From Thermoanaerobacter sp. (GTDB lineage Bacteria > Bacillota > Thermoanaerobacteria > Thermoanaerobacterales > Thermoanaerobacteraceae), in NCBI GenBank assembly GCA_014896455.1, contig JADBKJ010000006.1:114793-178792 (forward strand): a stretch of DNA of 64,000 nucleotides. Direction: 5' to 3'. Positions 11,962 to 22,208 of this stretch are shown here, piece by piece. The position numbers and the translations under genes were made by a program. Below the pieces are notes generated by a model that saw only the letters and a program-made list of their open reading frames with translations, did no database searches and had not been told where the DNA came from. How positions within the stretch are numbered: position 1 is the stretch's first letter; every line of letters starts with the position of its first letter.

Positions 11962-12405
11962 ATGACCCTAAAAGAGCGAATATACAAAGATATGGTAGAA
12001 GCTATGAAAAACAAAGATAATTTTAAAAAGAATATTTTAAGTATGGTAAGAGCGGCTATTCTCCAAGTTGAAAAAGATACTCAAAAAGAATTAGACGATG
12101 AAGGGGTCATCAATGTAATTTCTAAGGAGATAAAGCAAAGAAAAGAAGTGTTGCCGGATTACGAAAAAAGTGGAAGGCAAGACTTAGTGGATAAAGCCAG
12201 AAAAGAAATTGAGATTATGCTTTCTTATTTACCGAAGCAGCTTTCCAAAGAGGAAATAGAGGAAATAGTAAAAAGAGCTATCGAAGAAACTGGTGCTAAA
12301 ACTAAAAGCGATATAGGAAAAGTGATGGGAAAGGTAATGCCAATCGTAAAAGGGAGAGCAGATGGCAACCTTGTTAAAGACATGGTAAACAAGTATCTAC
12401 AGTAA
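11962..12405 (+). CDS. yqeY: GatB/YqeY domain protein
   Basis: LKERIYKDMVEAMK, YEKSGRQDL, DIGKVMGKVM, GRADG. Confidence 0.95.
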   Translation: MTLKERIYKDMVEAMKNKDNFKKNILSMVRAAILQVEKDTQKELDDEGVINVISKEIKQRKEVLPDYEKSGRQDLVDKARKEIEIMLSYLPKQLSKEEIEEIVKRAIEETGAKTKSDIGKVMGKVMPIVKGRADGNLVKDMVNKYLQ

Positions 12406-12407
12406 AC

Positions 12408-12441
12408 AAAGGACTTGATGCTATTAAGTATCAAGTCCTTT
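12408..12441. terminator. Bidirectional terminator between yqeY and the convergent asparaginase
   Basis: AAAGGACTTGAT / ATCAAGTCCTTT 12-bp stem; overlaps the asparaginase stop codon. Confidence 0.75.
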
Positions 12442-13414
12442 CTTCTTTAAACAATTTTTTGATTTCATTGTAATTATTAGAATAAGCAAGAGCTGCCATG
12501 AGTTTTATACGAGCTTTTTGCCCTGAGAGATTACCTCCAAAGATTACCCCTAAGGACTCAAGATGTTTTCCACCACCTTTATAACCGTAAGAGGCATCAA
12601 CTCTTCCCATAGGACATCTTGAAACTAACACTACAATTACTCCCTTTGATATAGCATATTCTATACCCTCAGCCAATTTTGGAGGTACATTTCCCCTTCC
12701 TGTTCCTTCTACTACTATTCCTTTTTCTCCACTGTCAACAAGGAATCTGATAATTTTATCGTCCATACCAAAGGCAACTTTTAAAAGACTGACTCTTGGC
12801 TCTAAATGGTCTACTGGTATATAATCTCTTGCCTCAATGTTCCTATAAAAATACGCTCTGTTATTATCTACAACACCTATTGGACCTGTTTCAAGGCTTT
12901 TAAAGGTATCAATACTTGAAGTATGAGTTTTTGTGACATCTTGTGCAGCATGTATTTCGTTATTGAAAACTACTAACACTCCTTTGTTTTTGGCTTTTTC
13001 TGAGGAAACAGTAATTACAGAAGCAGTTAAGTTGCTGGGACCGTCGTATCCAACTTCAGACGAATTTTTCATGGCTCCAGTCAAGACTATTGGTTTTTCG
13101 GAATTTATAGTTAAGTCTAAAAAGTATGCTGTTTCTTCTATAGTGTCTGTACCGTGAGTAATGACGACTCCTTTTACTTGTTGTTTCATGATTACGTTTT
13201 CAACTTCTCGTCTCAAATTTATTAATAGCTCGGGAGTAAAGTAAGGACTTGGGAAATTGCCAAATTGGATTATTTCAATTTGGGCAATTTCTTTTATGTT
13301 GGGAACCATTTTTAGTATGTCATTTCCTGATAAAGAGGGTATAGCAGCATTTAAATTCGGGTCATTTTTCATGGATATAGTTCCACCAGTAAAAATTATT
13401 ACTATTTTCTCCAA
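12431..13414 (-). CDS. L-asparaginase (type I-like)
   Basis: IIFTGGTISM, VVITHGTDTIEETA, VLTGAMK, KTHTSS, GTGRGNVP; TTG start at 13414 after GGGGGG RBS. Confidence 0.95.
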   Translation of the reverse strand: MEKIVIIFTGGTISMKNDPNLNAAIPSLSGNDILKMVPNIKEIAQIEIIQFGNFPSPYFTPELLINLRREVENVIMKQQVKGVVITHGTDTIEETAYFLDLTINSEKPIVLTGAMKNSSEVGYDGPSNLTASVITVSSEKAKNKGVLVVFNNEIHAAQDVTKTHTSSIDTFKSLETGPIGVVDNNRAYFYRNIEARDYIPVDHLEPRVSLLKVAFGMDDKIIRFLVDSGEKGIVVEGTGRGNVPPKLAEGIEYAISKGVIVVLVSRCPMGRVDASYGYKGGGKHLESLGVIFGGNLSGQKARIKLMAALAYSNNYNEIKKLFKEERT

Positions 13415-13580
13415 GGCAAATCCCCCCAAAAATAATTTACAGTAATAAAAATATTAAATTTGATACTTTCATTATAATACATATTTTCTAATTACTCAAA
13501 AGGTCTAATTGCCTATAAAAAAGCAAGAGAATTTTTTTAATTTCTTCCTCATAAAATTTTAAGAGAAGGGAGGTTACAGT

Positions 13581-13850
13581 ATGAAAAATGGGATAAAAAA
13601 TGAACTTGTAAATGCAATAGACTTTCCAAAAGAGGTACTGCTTAATCTCCCTAAAATAACTTTGATAGGGAAAACCCATGTTACTATTGAAAACCACAAG
13701 GGAATTATTGAGTATATTCCTGAAAGGATTAGGGTAAATACGACAATTGGGGTTGTTAGAATATTAGGTAAAAACATGATTGTAAATTCTATAATGACAG
13801 AGATTATAACGATTAGTGGCGAAATAATGAATATAGAAATAATGGTATAG
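13581..13850 (+). CDS. yqfC: Sporulation protein YqfC (YabP family)
   Basis: LPKITLIG, IENHKGIIEY, IRVNT; precedes yqfD. Confidence 0.9.
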   Translation: MKNGIKNELVNAIDFPKEVLLNLPKITLIGKTHVTIENHKGIIEYIPERIRVNTTIGVVRILGKNMIVNSIMTEIITISGEIMNIEIMV

Positions 13851-13861
13851 GAGGAGTATTT

Positions 13862-15049
13862 TTGGTTGCAATAAAATTATGGAATTTTTTAAAAGGATAT
13901 GTTATTATTAAAATTGAAGGTTTGTCAATTGAAAAATTTTTAAATCTCATAATGGTAAATGATGTCTATATTTGGGATATTGAGCGTAAGGATTATACTA
14001 CTATAGTTGCAAAAGTAAGTTTAAAGGGTTTTAAGGAAATAGTGTCTTTTGCGAAAAAAACTAATTGTCGTGTTTCAATGATTTCTAAAAGAGGGTTGCC
14101 TTTTGTAATTTCTCGATTAAAAAGAAGAAAATCATTGGTTTTAGGGGCAGCAATTTCTTTTATACTGGTTTATGCATTTTCTACTTTTATATGGGAAATT
14201 AATATAGAAACCGTCAACAATGTAAATGAAAAAATAGTTTTAGAAAAGCTTTCACACTTAGGATTAAAGCCAGGAGTTTCTAAATTTACTATAGATGTTA
14301 ATAAGATAGAGACAGAATTTTTATTACAAAATAATGATATATCGTGGATAGGAATAAATATAAAAGGGACTAATGCTTTTGTAAAAGTTGTAGGTAAAAC
14401 AAAACCTCAAGAGGTATTGTCAAAAGATGAGCCATGCAATATAATAGCTAAAAAAGATGGTATAATTTATAAGATGACGGTTTTAGAAGGGGAAGCGGTA
14501 AAAAAAATTGGAGATACAGTAAAAGCGGGAGATATAATTGTTACAGGGATAATTGAAAAGCCAGGGATAGAGACAAGATTTGTACATGCTGATGGCCAAA
14601 TTATTGGGAGGACATGGTATGAAGTTTATGCTGACGCCGAACTCAAAAAAGAAGTCTTTGAGAGGACAAACAACAAAATAACTGTTACAAAAATAATACT
14701 TGGCAATAATACTATAACTATATCCCCTAAGAAAGTAGATTTTAAGAATTTTGAAAAAGAGGAAAAAGAGATAATATCAAGGAATTTTCCAGTTAGAATA
14801 ATAAAAGAAGTATACTATGAAACCAAACTTAAAACTATTGTTTTATCTAAAGAGGAAGCAAAAAATATTGCTTTTGAAAAAGCACTAAAGGAGTTGGAGA
14901 GGGTTTTAAGCCATCAAAGTAAGATAGTAAATAAAAAAGAAAGTTATGCGATTATACAAGATAAAATATTAAGAGCCAATATTACTGCAGAGGTTTTAGA
15001 GGAAATAGGAATGAAAGAAAAAATTTCTTATATAGGAGGGGAACATTGA
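13862..15049 (+). CDS. yqfD: Sporulation protein YqfD (stage IV)
   Basis: GYVIIKIEG..IEKFLN, SWIGINIKGT, CNIIAKKDGII, HADGQIIGRTWY. Confidence 0.92.
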   Translation: MVAIKLWNFLKGYVIIKIEGLSIEKFLNLIMVNDVYIWDIERKDYTTIVAKVSLKGFKEIVSFAKKTNCRVSMISKRGLPFVISRLKRRKSLVLGAAISFILVYAFSTFIWEINIETVNNVNEKIVLEKLSHLGLKPGVSKFTIDVNKIETEFLLQNNDISWIGINIKGTNAFVKVVGKTKPQEVLSKDEPCNIIAKKDGIIYKMTVLEGEAVKKIGDTVKAGDIIVTGIIEKPGIETRFVHADGQIIGRTWYEVYADAELKKEVFERTNNKITVTKIILGNNTITISPKKVDFKNFEKEEKEIISRNFPVRIIKEVYYETKLKTIVLSKEEAKNIAFEKALKELERVLSHQSKIVNKKESYAIIQDKILRANITAEVLEEIGMKEKISYIGGEH

Positions 15050-16029
15050 TTAAGGAGTTAGCTATTAATATTGAGGATATGGAGCAAGCTGCCAATTTGT
15101 TTGGCAACTTTGATGAAAATATTAAGTTAATAGAAGAGGGATTAGATGTCAAGATAGTGTTAAGAGGAGGAATTATTAAGATAACGGGGGAAGAAAAAAA
15201 CGTGGAATCCGCTAATAAACTTTTTAACAAATTGATAGGAATGATTGAAAAGGGAGATGTGATTACTAGTCAAAATGTTTTGTATACTATGAATATGATT
15301 GAGGCAGGAGAAGAAGAAAAACTAAAGTCTTTAATGTCTGATATTGTTTGTATAACAGCTAGAGGCAAACAGATAAGGTGCAAAACTTATGGGCAAATGA
15401 GGTATGTAGAAGCTATAAGAAAAAATCAGATTGTATTTGGAATAGGACCTGCTGGTACGGGCAAGACCTATTTGGCTATGGCAATGGCTATTACCGCAAT
15501 GAAAAATAAAGAAGTAGGTCGTATAATTTTAACAAGGCCGGCTGTTGAAGCAGGAGAAAAGCTGGGTTTTTTGCCAGGAGATTTGCAAGAAAAAGTTGAT
15601 CCTTATTTAAGACCTTTATATGATGCGCTTTATGACATTTTAGGAGCAGAAGTTTTCCAAAAATACATGGAAAAAGGTTTAATTGAGGTAGCACCCCTAG
15701 CCTATATGAGAGGTAGAACTTTGGACGATTCTTTTATAATACTTGATGAAGCTCAAAACACTACTCCTGAGCAGATGAAAATGTTTTTAACCCGCATAGG
15801 TTTTGGTTCTAAAGCAGTTATAACTGGTGACGTTACTCAAATAGATTTGCCAAGAGGTAAAAAATCCGGACTAAAAGAGGTTATGGAGATATTAAAAGGA
15901 ATAGAAGGTATAGAGTTTATAATGCTTTCTGAAGAAGATGTGATAAGGCATCCTCTTGTAGCTAAAATCATAAAAGCTTACGAAATTTATGAGAAGAACT
16001 TGGAGGAAAGCAAATCAGAAATCCCATAG
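15046..16029 (+). CDS. phoH: PhoH-like ATPase
   Basis: FGIGPAGTGKTYLA, LTRPAVEAGEKLGFLPGD, ILDEAQNTT. Confidence 0.96.
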   Translation: MIKELAINIEDMEQAANLFGNFDENIKLIEEGLDVKIVLRGGIIKITGEEKNVESANKLFNKLIGMIEKGDVITSQNVLYTMNMIEAGEEEKLKSLMSDIVCITARGKQIRCKTYGQMRYVEAIRKNQIVFGIGPAGTGKTYLAMAMAITAMKNKEVGRIILTRPAVEAGEKLGFLPGDLQEKVDPYLRPLYDALYDILGAEVFQKYMEKGLIEVAPLAYMRGRTLDDSFIILDEAQNTTPEQMKMFLTRIGFGSKAVITGDVTQIDLPRGKKSGLKEVMEILKGIEGIEFIMLSEEDVIRHPLVAKIIKAYEIYEKNLEESKSEIP

Positions 16030-16044
16030 CGAGGGGAATAATCC

Positions 16045-18111
16045 ATGAAAAAACTGGACAACCATATAAAAAATATAATTAAAAATGAGCAATTGATAAT
16101 CATTTTTTTTGTTATTTTTTATTTTGTTTCTTCCTATGCCTTAGTTTATACTAGTGTAACGCCTCCAAAATTTGACTTAAAAGCTGGGGACGTAGCTTCT
16201 CAAGACATAAAAGCTCCTAAAGATGTAGTAGATGTAGTTGCTACTCAAAAGAAAATAGAGGAAGCAGTAAATGCGGTAAATCCCAAATATGATTATAATG
16301 AAAATATTGCCAAAGAATCTTATCTTAAGCTGGTTGATTTTTTTAATAAATTGAGAGATGTACGCAAATCTTTAGAGACAGAAGAAAAGAAATTGCAGGA
16401 CTTTAAAGCTGTAAGTCCCATAGGTTTAGAAGATAATGACGTAGCTTTGCTTTTAAAAATAGATGATAATACCCTTATAAACATGGAATCGGTGGTATTA
16501 TCGACAGAAAAAGCAATTATGGCAAGGCAGATTACAGAAGATGCTTTGCCTACTGTTTTAAACGATGCCAAGAGTGTTGTAGAAAGTTCTGATATTTCTG
16601 AAGAAGTAAAACCAGTAGCTGTTAAGATTTTATCTTCTGTTATTGTTCCTAATATGATATATAATGCCTATGAGACAAACCTTGCTAAAAAAGAAGCAGA
16701 GGAAAGAGTACAGCCGGTTATGTATAAAAAAGGACAAAATATCGTAGTCAGTGGAGAAGTGGTGACACAACAACAAATTGAGGTTTTGAAATCTTTAGGT
16801 CTCTTAAAAGGTAGCAGTAAGATTGATTATGGAATGATAATAGGCTTATTTTTGATTTTAGGCTTGTCACTTTTTTTATCAGTGTATTACATTATAAAAT
16901 TGGACAAAAAAATTACTACAAAAAAAATGTACATTGAATTGTTGTGCTTAACAGGTATTTTTTATCTTTTATTAGCTGTTGCCTTTAAAGAGATTGAACC
17001 GCTTTTAATTCCTGCTGCTACTTTGCCTATGCTAATTTCTGTTTTAATAGATCCTTATATTGCTATTATGATTGACATAATTTATTCTCTTTTAGTAGGC
17101 TTAATGGTGGGTTTTAACCAAGAATTTATTTTTATGTCATTGCTGGGGGGATTGATTGGTGCAGCAAAACTTTCTCATTCTAAGCAACGTTTAGATTTTG
17201 TAAAAGCGGGTCTTTACGTCAGTGGGGTAAATCTTGTAAGTATTGTAGGAATAGGGCTTTTAAATAGCAATGATATAATTTCTGTATTAAAAAGTAGTTT
17301 ATGGGGAATTGTAAGTGGATCTTTTAGTATAATTTTGGTTATTGGTACTTTGCCTTTTTGGGAAACAGCTTTTGATATCTTAACTCCTTTAAAACTTTTA
17401 GAGCTATCAAATCCCAATAGTCCGCTTCTTAAAAAACTTATGATGGATGCTCCTGGTACTTATCACCATAGCATAGTAGTAGCAAATCTCGCAGAAGCTG
17501 CTTCTGATGCTATTGGAGCAAACAGTCTGTTAGTTAGAGTGGGGGCTTATTACCATGATATAGGTAAAATTAAAAGACCTTATTTTTTCAAAGAGAACCA
17601 GCTTTCAGGAGAAAATTTGCATGACAAAATTTCTCCTGATTTAAGCACATTAGTAATAATTTCTCATGTAAAAGATGGTATAGAATTAGCTAAAAAGTAT
17701 AAACTTCCTCAACAAGTCATCGATTTGATAAAAGAACACCATGGTACTTCCTTAGTGAAATACTTTTATACTAAAGCTTTACAGAATGAAGAGGAATCTT
17801 GCGAAGAAGAATCTTTCAGATATCCAGGTCCAAAGCCTTCTACCAAAGAGTCTGCCATTTTGATGTTGGCAGATTCTGTAGAAGCAGCTGTGAGATCTAT
17901 CCCGGAACCCACTGAGGAAAATATAAAAAATATGATTGAGAAAATCGTCGCAGATAGATTAAATGATGGTCAGTTGGAAGATAGCGATTTAACTTTAAAA
18001 GATATTAAAACTATAAAAAATTCTTTTTTGACTGCTTTAACTGGTATGTTTCATAAAAGAATTGAGTATCCTGATATTGAACCAAATCAAAATAAAGAGG
18101 TGTTAGAATGA
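16045..18111 (+). CDS. pgpH: 7TM-HD phosphohydrolase (PgpH-like c-di-AMP phosphodiesterase)
   Basis: Extracellular domain, multiple TM helices, APGTYHHS, RVGAYYHDIGK, LADSVEAA; between phoH and ybeY. Confidence 0.88.
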   Translation: MKKLDNHIKNIIKNEQLIIIFFVIFYFVSSYALVYTSVTPPKFDLKAGDVASQDIKAPKDVVDVVATQKKIEEAVNAVNPKYDYNENIAKESYLKLVDFFNKLRDVRKSLETEEKKLQDFKAVSPIGLEDNDVALLLKIDDNTLINMESVVLSTEKAIMARQITEDALPTVLNDAKSVVESSDISEEVKPVAVKILSSVIVPNMIYNAYETNLAKKEAEERVQPVMYKKGQNIVVSGEVVTQQQIEVLKSLGLLKGSSKIDYGMIIGLFLILGLSLFLSVYYIIKLDKKITTKKMYIELLCLTGIFYLLLAVAFKEIEPLLIPAATLPMLISVLIDPYIAIMIDIIYSLLVGLMVGFNQEFIFMSLLGGLIGAAKLSHSKQRLDFVKAGLYVSGVNLVSIVGIGLLNSNDIISVLKSSLWGIVSGSFSIILVIGTLPFWETAFDILTPLKLLELSNPNSPLLKKLMMDAPGTYHHSIVVANLAEAASDAIGANSLLVRVGAYYHDIGKIKRPYFFKENQLSGENLHDKISPDLSTLVIISHVKDGIELAKKYKLPQQVIDLIKEHHGTSLVKYFYTKALQNEEESCEEESFRYPGPKPSTKESAILMLADSVEAAVRSIPEPTEENIKNMIEKIVADRLNDGQLEDSDLTLKDIKTIKNSFLTALTGMFHKRIEYPDIEPNQNKEVLE

Positions 18112-18587
18112 ACATTTTGATAGATAACAGACAAGATAAAGTCGATACAATAAATTTGGAAAAATTAGTGGAAAAAGTTATAAAAACAGTATTAGAGGTA
18201 GAAGAGGTTATTGATAATGTTGAAGTAAGTGTGTCTTTTGTGGATAATGAGGAAATTAGAAAATTAAATAAATATTATAGAGGTATAGATAAGCCGACGG
18301 ATGTTTTGTCATTTCCTTTAGCAGAGTTTGAAGATACTTATGCAGAGGTTGAGGAAATAGAGAAAGATTCAGAAGAGGTGCAGCCAATAGGAGATATAGT
18401 TATTTCTTTAGAAAAAGCATTGGAGCAGTCAATGGAATACGGGCATTCCTTTGAAAGAGAAGTAGCTTATTTAACAGCTCACAGCATGTTGCATCTTTTG
18501 GGTTATGACCATGAAACTGAAGAAGAAAGAAAAATTATGAGAAAAAAAGAAGAGGAAGTTATGGCAAGGCTTAATATTGGGCGGTGA
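18108..18587 (+). CDS. ybeY: rRNA maturation endoribonuclease YbeY
   Basis: RGIDKPTDVLSFP, GDIVIS, HSMLHLLGYDH. Confidence 0.97.
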   Translation: MNILIDNRQDKVDTINLEKLVEKVIKTVLEVEEVIDNVEVSVSFVDNEEIRKLNKYYRGIDKPTDVLSFPLAEFEDTYAEVEEIEKDSEEVQPIGDIVISLEKALEQSMEYGHSFEREVAYLTAHSMLHLLGYDHETEEERKIMRKKEEEVMARLNIGR

Positions 18588-18591
18588 TTTT

Positions 18592-19290
18592 GTGAAATCG
18601 AGAAATTTAATTGACAGCTTTAATTATGCGATAGATGGCATTTTACATGCTTTTAAAACCCAAAGAAACATGAAGATTCACTTTGCCATAGCAATATTGG
18701 TATTATTCTTTTGCCTTTTTTTGGACCTTTCCAGGGTAGAATTTGTGGTAATTTTATTTACAATTTCTTTAGTTTTAATTTCTGAAATGATAAATACGGC
18801 TATTGAAACCACAATTGACATGATGGTTAAAAATTATAATCCTTTGGCTAAGGTTGCGAAAAATGTAGCTGCAGGAGCAGTTCTTATATCCGCGATAAAT
18901 GCCATTCTTGTAGCTTATTTAATATTTTTTGATAGAGTAAATCCTTGGACAAAAATAATTTTATTAAAGCTTAGAGAGTCACCCATTCATATCACAGTTA
19001 TAAGTCTTTTAGTTGTAGTGTTTTTGACTGTAATTTTAAAGGTGCATTTTAAAGAAGGAACACCTATGAGGGGAGGAATGCCCAGCGCTCATAGCGCTAT
19101 TGCTTTTGCTACTGCGACAGCTATAACTTTTATGACAGCAAATGCTTTTATTGCCACTTTAGGTTTTTTACTTGCTCTTATGGTGGCTGAAAGCAGAGTA
19201 GAAGGTAAAATCCACTCTTATTCTCAGGTATTTTTTGGAGGTTTATTGGGGATATTGATTACAGTGTTGATTTTTCAAATAATCGAGTAA
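18592..19290 (+). CDS. dgkA: Diacylglycerol/undecaprenol kinase fused to a PAP2-like phosphatase domain
   Basis: SFNYAIDGI..QRNMKIH, EMINTAIE, AKNVAAGAV, then GGMPSAHSA; GTG start at 18592. Confidence 0.9.
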   Translation: MKSRNLIDSFNYAIDGILHAFKTQRNMKIHFAIAILVLFFCLFLDLSRVEFVVILFTISLVLISEMINTAIETTIDMMVKNYNPLAKVAKNVAAGAVLISAINAILVAYLIFFDRVNPWTKIILLKLRESPIHITVISLLVVVFLTVILKVHFKEGTPMRGGMPSAHSAIAFATATAITFMTANAFIATLGFLLALMVAESRVEGKIHSYSQVFFGGLLGILITVLIFQIIE

Positions 19291-19301
19291 GGAGTGATGG
19301 T

Positions 19302-20210
19302 ATGGGCTATAAAGCTGGTTTTGTAGCATTAGTTGGTAGAACTAATGTAGGTAAATCTACTCTTTTAAATGCAATTTTACAAGAAAAGATTGCTATTACT
19401 TCTCCCAAACCCCAAACCACTCGAAATACCATTCGTGGGATTTTGACAACAGATGAATACCAGGTTATTTTTGTTGACACTCCTGGCATTCATAAACCTA
19501 AATCTAAATTAAGCGAATTTATGATTGAGGTAGCTAAAAGAACATTGAAAGAAGTTGACCTTATTTTGTATATGATAGAACCAGATACGGAAGTAGGACC
19601 TGGAGATAGATACATAATCGAACATTTAAAAGGAGTAGACACACCTGTCATACTTGTAGTCAACAAAATAGATTTGGTGTCTGAGAAAAGAGTGGAAGAG
19701 ACTATAAAAATTTTTAAAGAGCAATATGAGTTTGAAGATGCAGTAGCTATTTCCGCTACTCAAAATAAAAACATAGATTTGTTAAAAGAAAAAATTGTAT
19801 CACTTTTGCCAGAAGGCCCCAAATATTATTTGGATGATTATATGACAGATCAGCCCGAAAAATTAATAGTGGCAGAAATAATTCGAGAGAAGATGTTACA
19901 CTTTTTAGAGGAAGAAGTACCTCACGGTGTTTATGTGGAAGTAGAATCTATTAAAGAGAGGGAAGATAAAGATATAATAGACATTGAAGCATATATTTAC
20001 TGTGAGAAAGAGTCTCACAAAGGAATTGTTATAGGCAAAAATGGGCAAATGCTAAAAAAGATAGGTCAAAGTGCGCGACTTGATTTAGAAAAATTTTATG
20101 GAAAACAGGTTTTTCTTGACCTATGGGTAAAGACGAGGAAGGGGTGGAGAGACAATACAACTTTACTTAAAAAATTAGGATATGCCATTGACAAGAAAAC
20201 TTACGAATAG
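19302..20210 (+). CDS. era: GTPase Era
   Basis: [30 protein letters not shown] domain VIGKNG. Confidence 0.98.
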   Translation: MGYKAGFVALVGRTNVGKSTLLNAILQEKIAITSPKPQTTRNTIRGILTTDEYQVIFVDTPGIHKPKSKLSEFMIEVAKRTLKEVDLILYMIEPDTEVGPGDRYIIEHLKGVDTPVILVVNKIDLVSEKRVEETIKIFKEQYEFEDAVAISATQNKNIDLLKEKIVSLLPEGPKYYLDDYMTDQPEKLIVAEIIREKMLHFLEEEVPHGVYVEVESIKEREDKDIIDIEAYIYCEKESHKGIVIGKNGQMLKKIGQSARLDLEKFYGKQVFLDLWVKTRKGWRDNTTLLKKLGYAIDKKTYE

Positions 20211-20245
20211 TAAAGTATTTAGTGAAAACAAAAGGAGGGTATATT

Positions 20246-20914
20246 ATGAACATAGCAAAAATGATTGACCACACTTTATTAAAACCAAATGCGACAAAAA
20301 GTGAGATAGAAAAGCTTTGTAATGAAGCAAAAGAGTATGGATTTGCTTCTGTCTGTATAAACCCCTGCTTTGTAGACCTTGCCTTTAGTATGTTAAAAGA
20401 TACAGATGTTAAAGTTTGCACAGTGATAGGTTTTCCATTAGGTGCAAATACTATCGAAACCAAAGTATTTGAAGCAGTTGAAGCGGTTAAAAAAGGTGCG
20501 ACAGAAGTTGACATGGTATTAAATATAAGCATGTTGAAGAGTGGAGATTACGACTATGTAAAAAAAGAAATTGAAGAAGTTGTGAAAGCGGTAAAATCCT
20601 ATGGAGATATAGTTGTAAAAGTAATTTTAGAAACCTGCTATCTCACTGATGAAGAAAAGGTAAAAGCATGTCAGATCACAAAAGAAGCAGGTGCTGATTT
20701 TGTTAAAACTTCTACTGGTTTTGGGCCAGGTGGAGCGACGGTAAATGATGTAAAATTAATGAGACAGGCAGTTGGTGAAAACTTCGGTGTTAAAGCTTCT
20801 GGCGGTGTAAGAACTGTTGAAGATGCTAAGGCGATGATTGAAGCAGGAGCTAATCGCATTGGGGCAAGTGCAGGCGTTAAGATTGTGGAGGAATGGAATA
20901 AACTAAAAAAATGA
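20246..20914 (+). CDS. deoC: Deoxyribose-phosphate aldolase
   Basis: [44 protein letters not shown]. Confidence 0.97.
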   Translation: MNIAKMIDHTLLKPNATKSEIEKLCNEAKEYGFASVCINPCFVDLAFSMLKDTDVKVCTVIGFPLGANTIETKVFEAVEAVKKGATEVDMVLNISMLKSGDYDYVKKEIEEVVKAVKSYGDIVVKVILETCYLTDEEKVKACQITKEAGADFVKTSTGFGPGGATVNDVKLMRQAVGENFGVKASGGVRTVEDAKAMIEAGANRIGASAGVKIVEEWNKLKK

Positions 20915-20925
20915 GTTGATAAAAA

Positions 20926-21672
20926 ATGCGCTTGTTAAAAACAGAAGCAATAGTATTAAAAAACAATTTAATAGGTGAAACAGACAAAATAGCCACCCTT
21001 TTTACTAAAAGCTATGGCAAACTCCAGGCAGTGGCAAAAGGGGCAAGGCGATCAAAGAGCCGATTTGTGAATGCAATAAGGACTTTTGTTGTTGCCAATT
21101 ATGTTATTTTTGAGGGGCAAAATTATTACTATATTGACCAATGGGAGTTAATCGAAGCTCATAAAAATATAGAAAAAGACTTATCTAAATTTTCTGTAGC
21201 TTCCTATATTGCTGAAACTATAAACAAAATTTTAGAGGAAAATCAAAAAAGCGAGAGACTGTATCTGTTTTTAAAACATTCTTTAAAAGCAGTTGACGAG
21301 CTACAAATAGACCCTTTAATTTTTATTTCTTCTTATGACTTAAAATTAGTTTCTTTATTGGGATATATGCCTCAACTTGATAATTGTGTTGTCTGTGGAG
21401 AAAGAGAGAATTTAAAATATTTTTCTAATTCATGCGGGGGTGCAGTGTGTATAAACTGCAAAAATAAATGTTTTGACGCCAAGCCATTACATGAAGTAAC
21501 ATTAAAAGCTATAAAGTATTTTCTTAAAGGAGATTATGACAAGCTTCAAAACATTAAAGTTTCAGTAGTTATAAAAGAAGAAGTGGATAAAATAATAACA
21601 GCCTATATGAAAGAACATCTTGAAATAGAGTTTAAATCAAAAGATTTTATTGACAAGTTACAAAATATGTGA
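20926..21672 (+). CDS. recO: DNA repair protein RecO
   Basis: [24 protein letters not shown], zinc motifs [13 protein letters not shown]. Confidence 0.95.
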   Translation: MRLLKTEAIVLKNNLIGETDKIATLFTKSYGKLQAVAKGARRSKSRFVNAIRTFVVANYVIFEGQNYYYIDQWELIEAHKNIEKDLSKFSVASYIAETINKILEENQKSERLYLFLKHSLKAVDELQIDPLIFISSYDLKLVSLLGYMPQLDNCVVCGERENLKYFSNSCGGAVCINCKNKCFDAKPLHEVTLKAIKYFLKGDYDKLQNIKVSVVIKEEVDKIITAYMKEHLEIEFKSKDFIDKLQNM

Positions 21673-21686
21673 AAGGAGGGTTTAAC

Positions 21687-22097
21687 GTGTTAGATGAAAA
21701 ATTAGAAAAAATAGATATGATAGTGGAGAGAATGGGAGTAAGTTATAAAGAAGCAAAACAAGCATTAGAAAAGTCGGGTGGCAGTGTTGTAGACGCATTG
21801 ATATATATAGAAGAGAATAGAAAAAATTGGACTGAGACCTTTACAGTCGCAGGTTCAGAAGTTATGGAAAAAATAAAAGAATTAATTAAAAAAGGTAACG
21901 TTACAAAAATAAGAATAAAAAAAGACGATAAAGTTCTTTTGGAGATTCCTGTAACTGCAGGTGCTATTTCTGCAGTTATCATTCCTCAGTTGACGTTAGT
22001 GGGAGCGGCAGTAGCGCTTTTAGCTAATTGCACAATTGAAGTTGAAAAATATGATAAAAGCGTAACTGTATTAAAAGAAGAAAAGAAAAAAGATTGA
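21687..22097 (+). CDS. DUF4342-domain protein (UBA-like N-terminus)
   Basis: VSYKEAKQALEKSGGSVVDALIY; IKELIKKGNVTKIRIKKDD..LLEIPVTAG. Confidence 0.8.
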   Translation: MLDEKLEKIDMIVERMGVSYKEAKQALEKSGGSVVDALIYIEENRKNWTETFTVAGSEVMEKIKELIKKGNVTKIRIKKDDKVLLEIPVTAGAISAVIIPQLTLVGAAVALLANCTIEVEKYDKSVTVLKEEKKKD

Positions 22098-22122
22098 CAG
22101 AAGCTTGTCTCTTTGGTATTCT
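22094..22122 (+). promoter_or_regulatory. Probable sigma-A promoter for glyQS
   Basis: TTGACA-17bp-TATTCT with extended -10 TG. Confidence 0.6.
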
Positions 22123-22208
22123 TAAATAAGTAACGTCAAAAACCTTTCTTCCCAAAAAAGGGATGAAGGGTTTTTGCATAATTGTGAGAGAAAAAGGAGT
22201 GTTATTAA

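Noticed and set aside
18592-19290. DgkA-PAP2 fusion as a novelty
   Set aside because: This fusion is common in clostridia.
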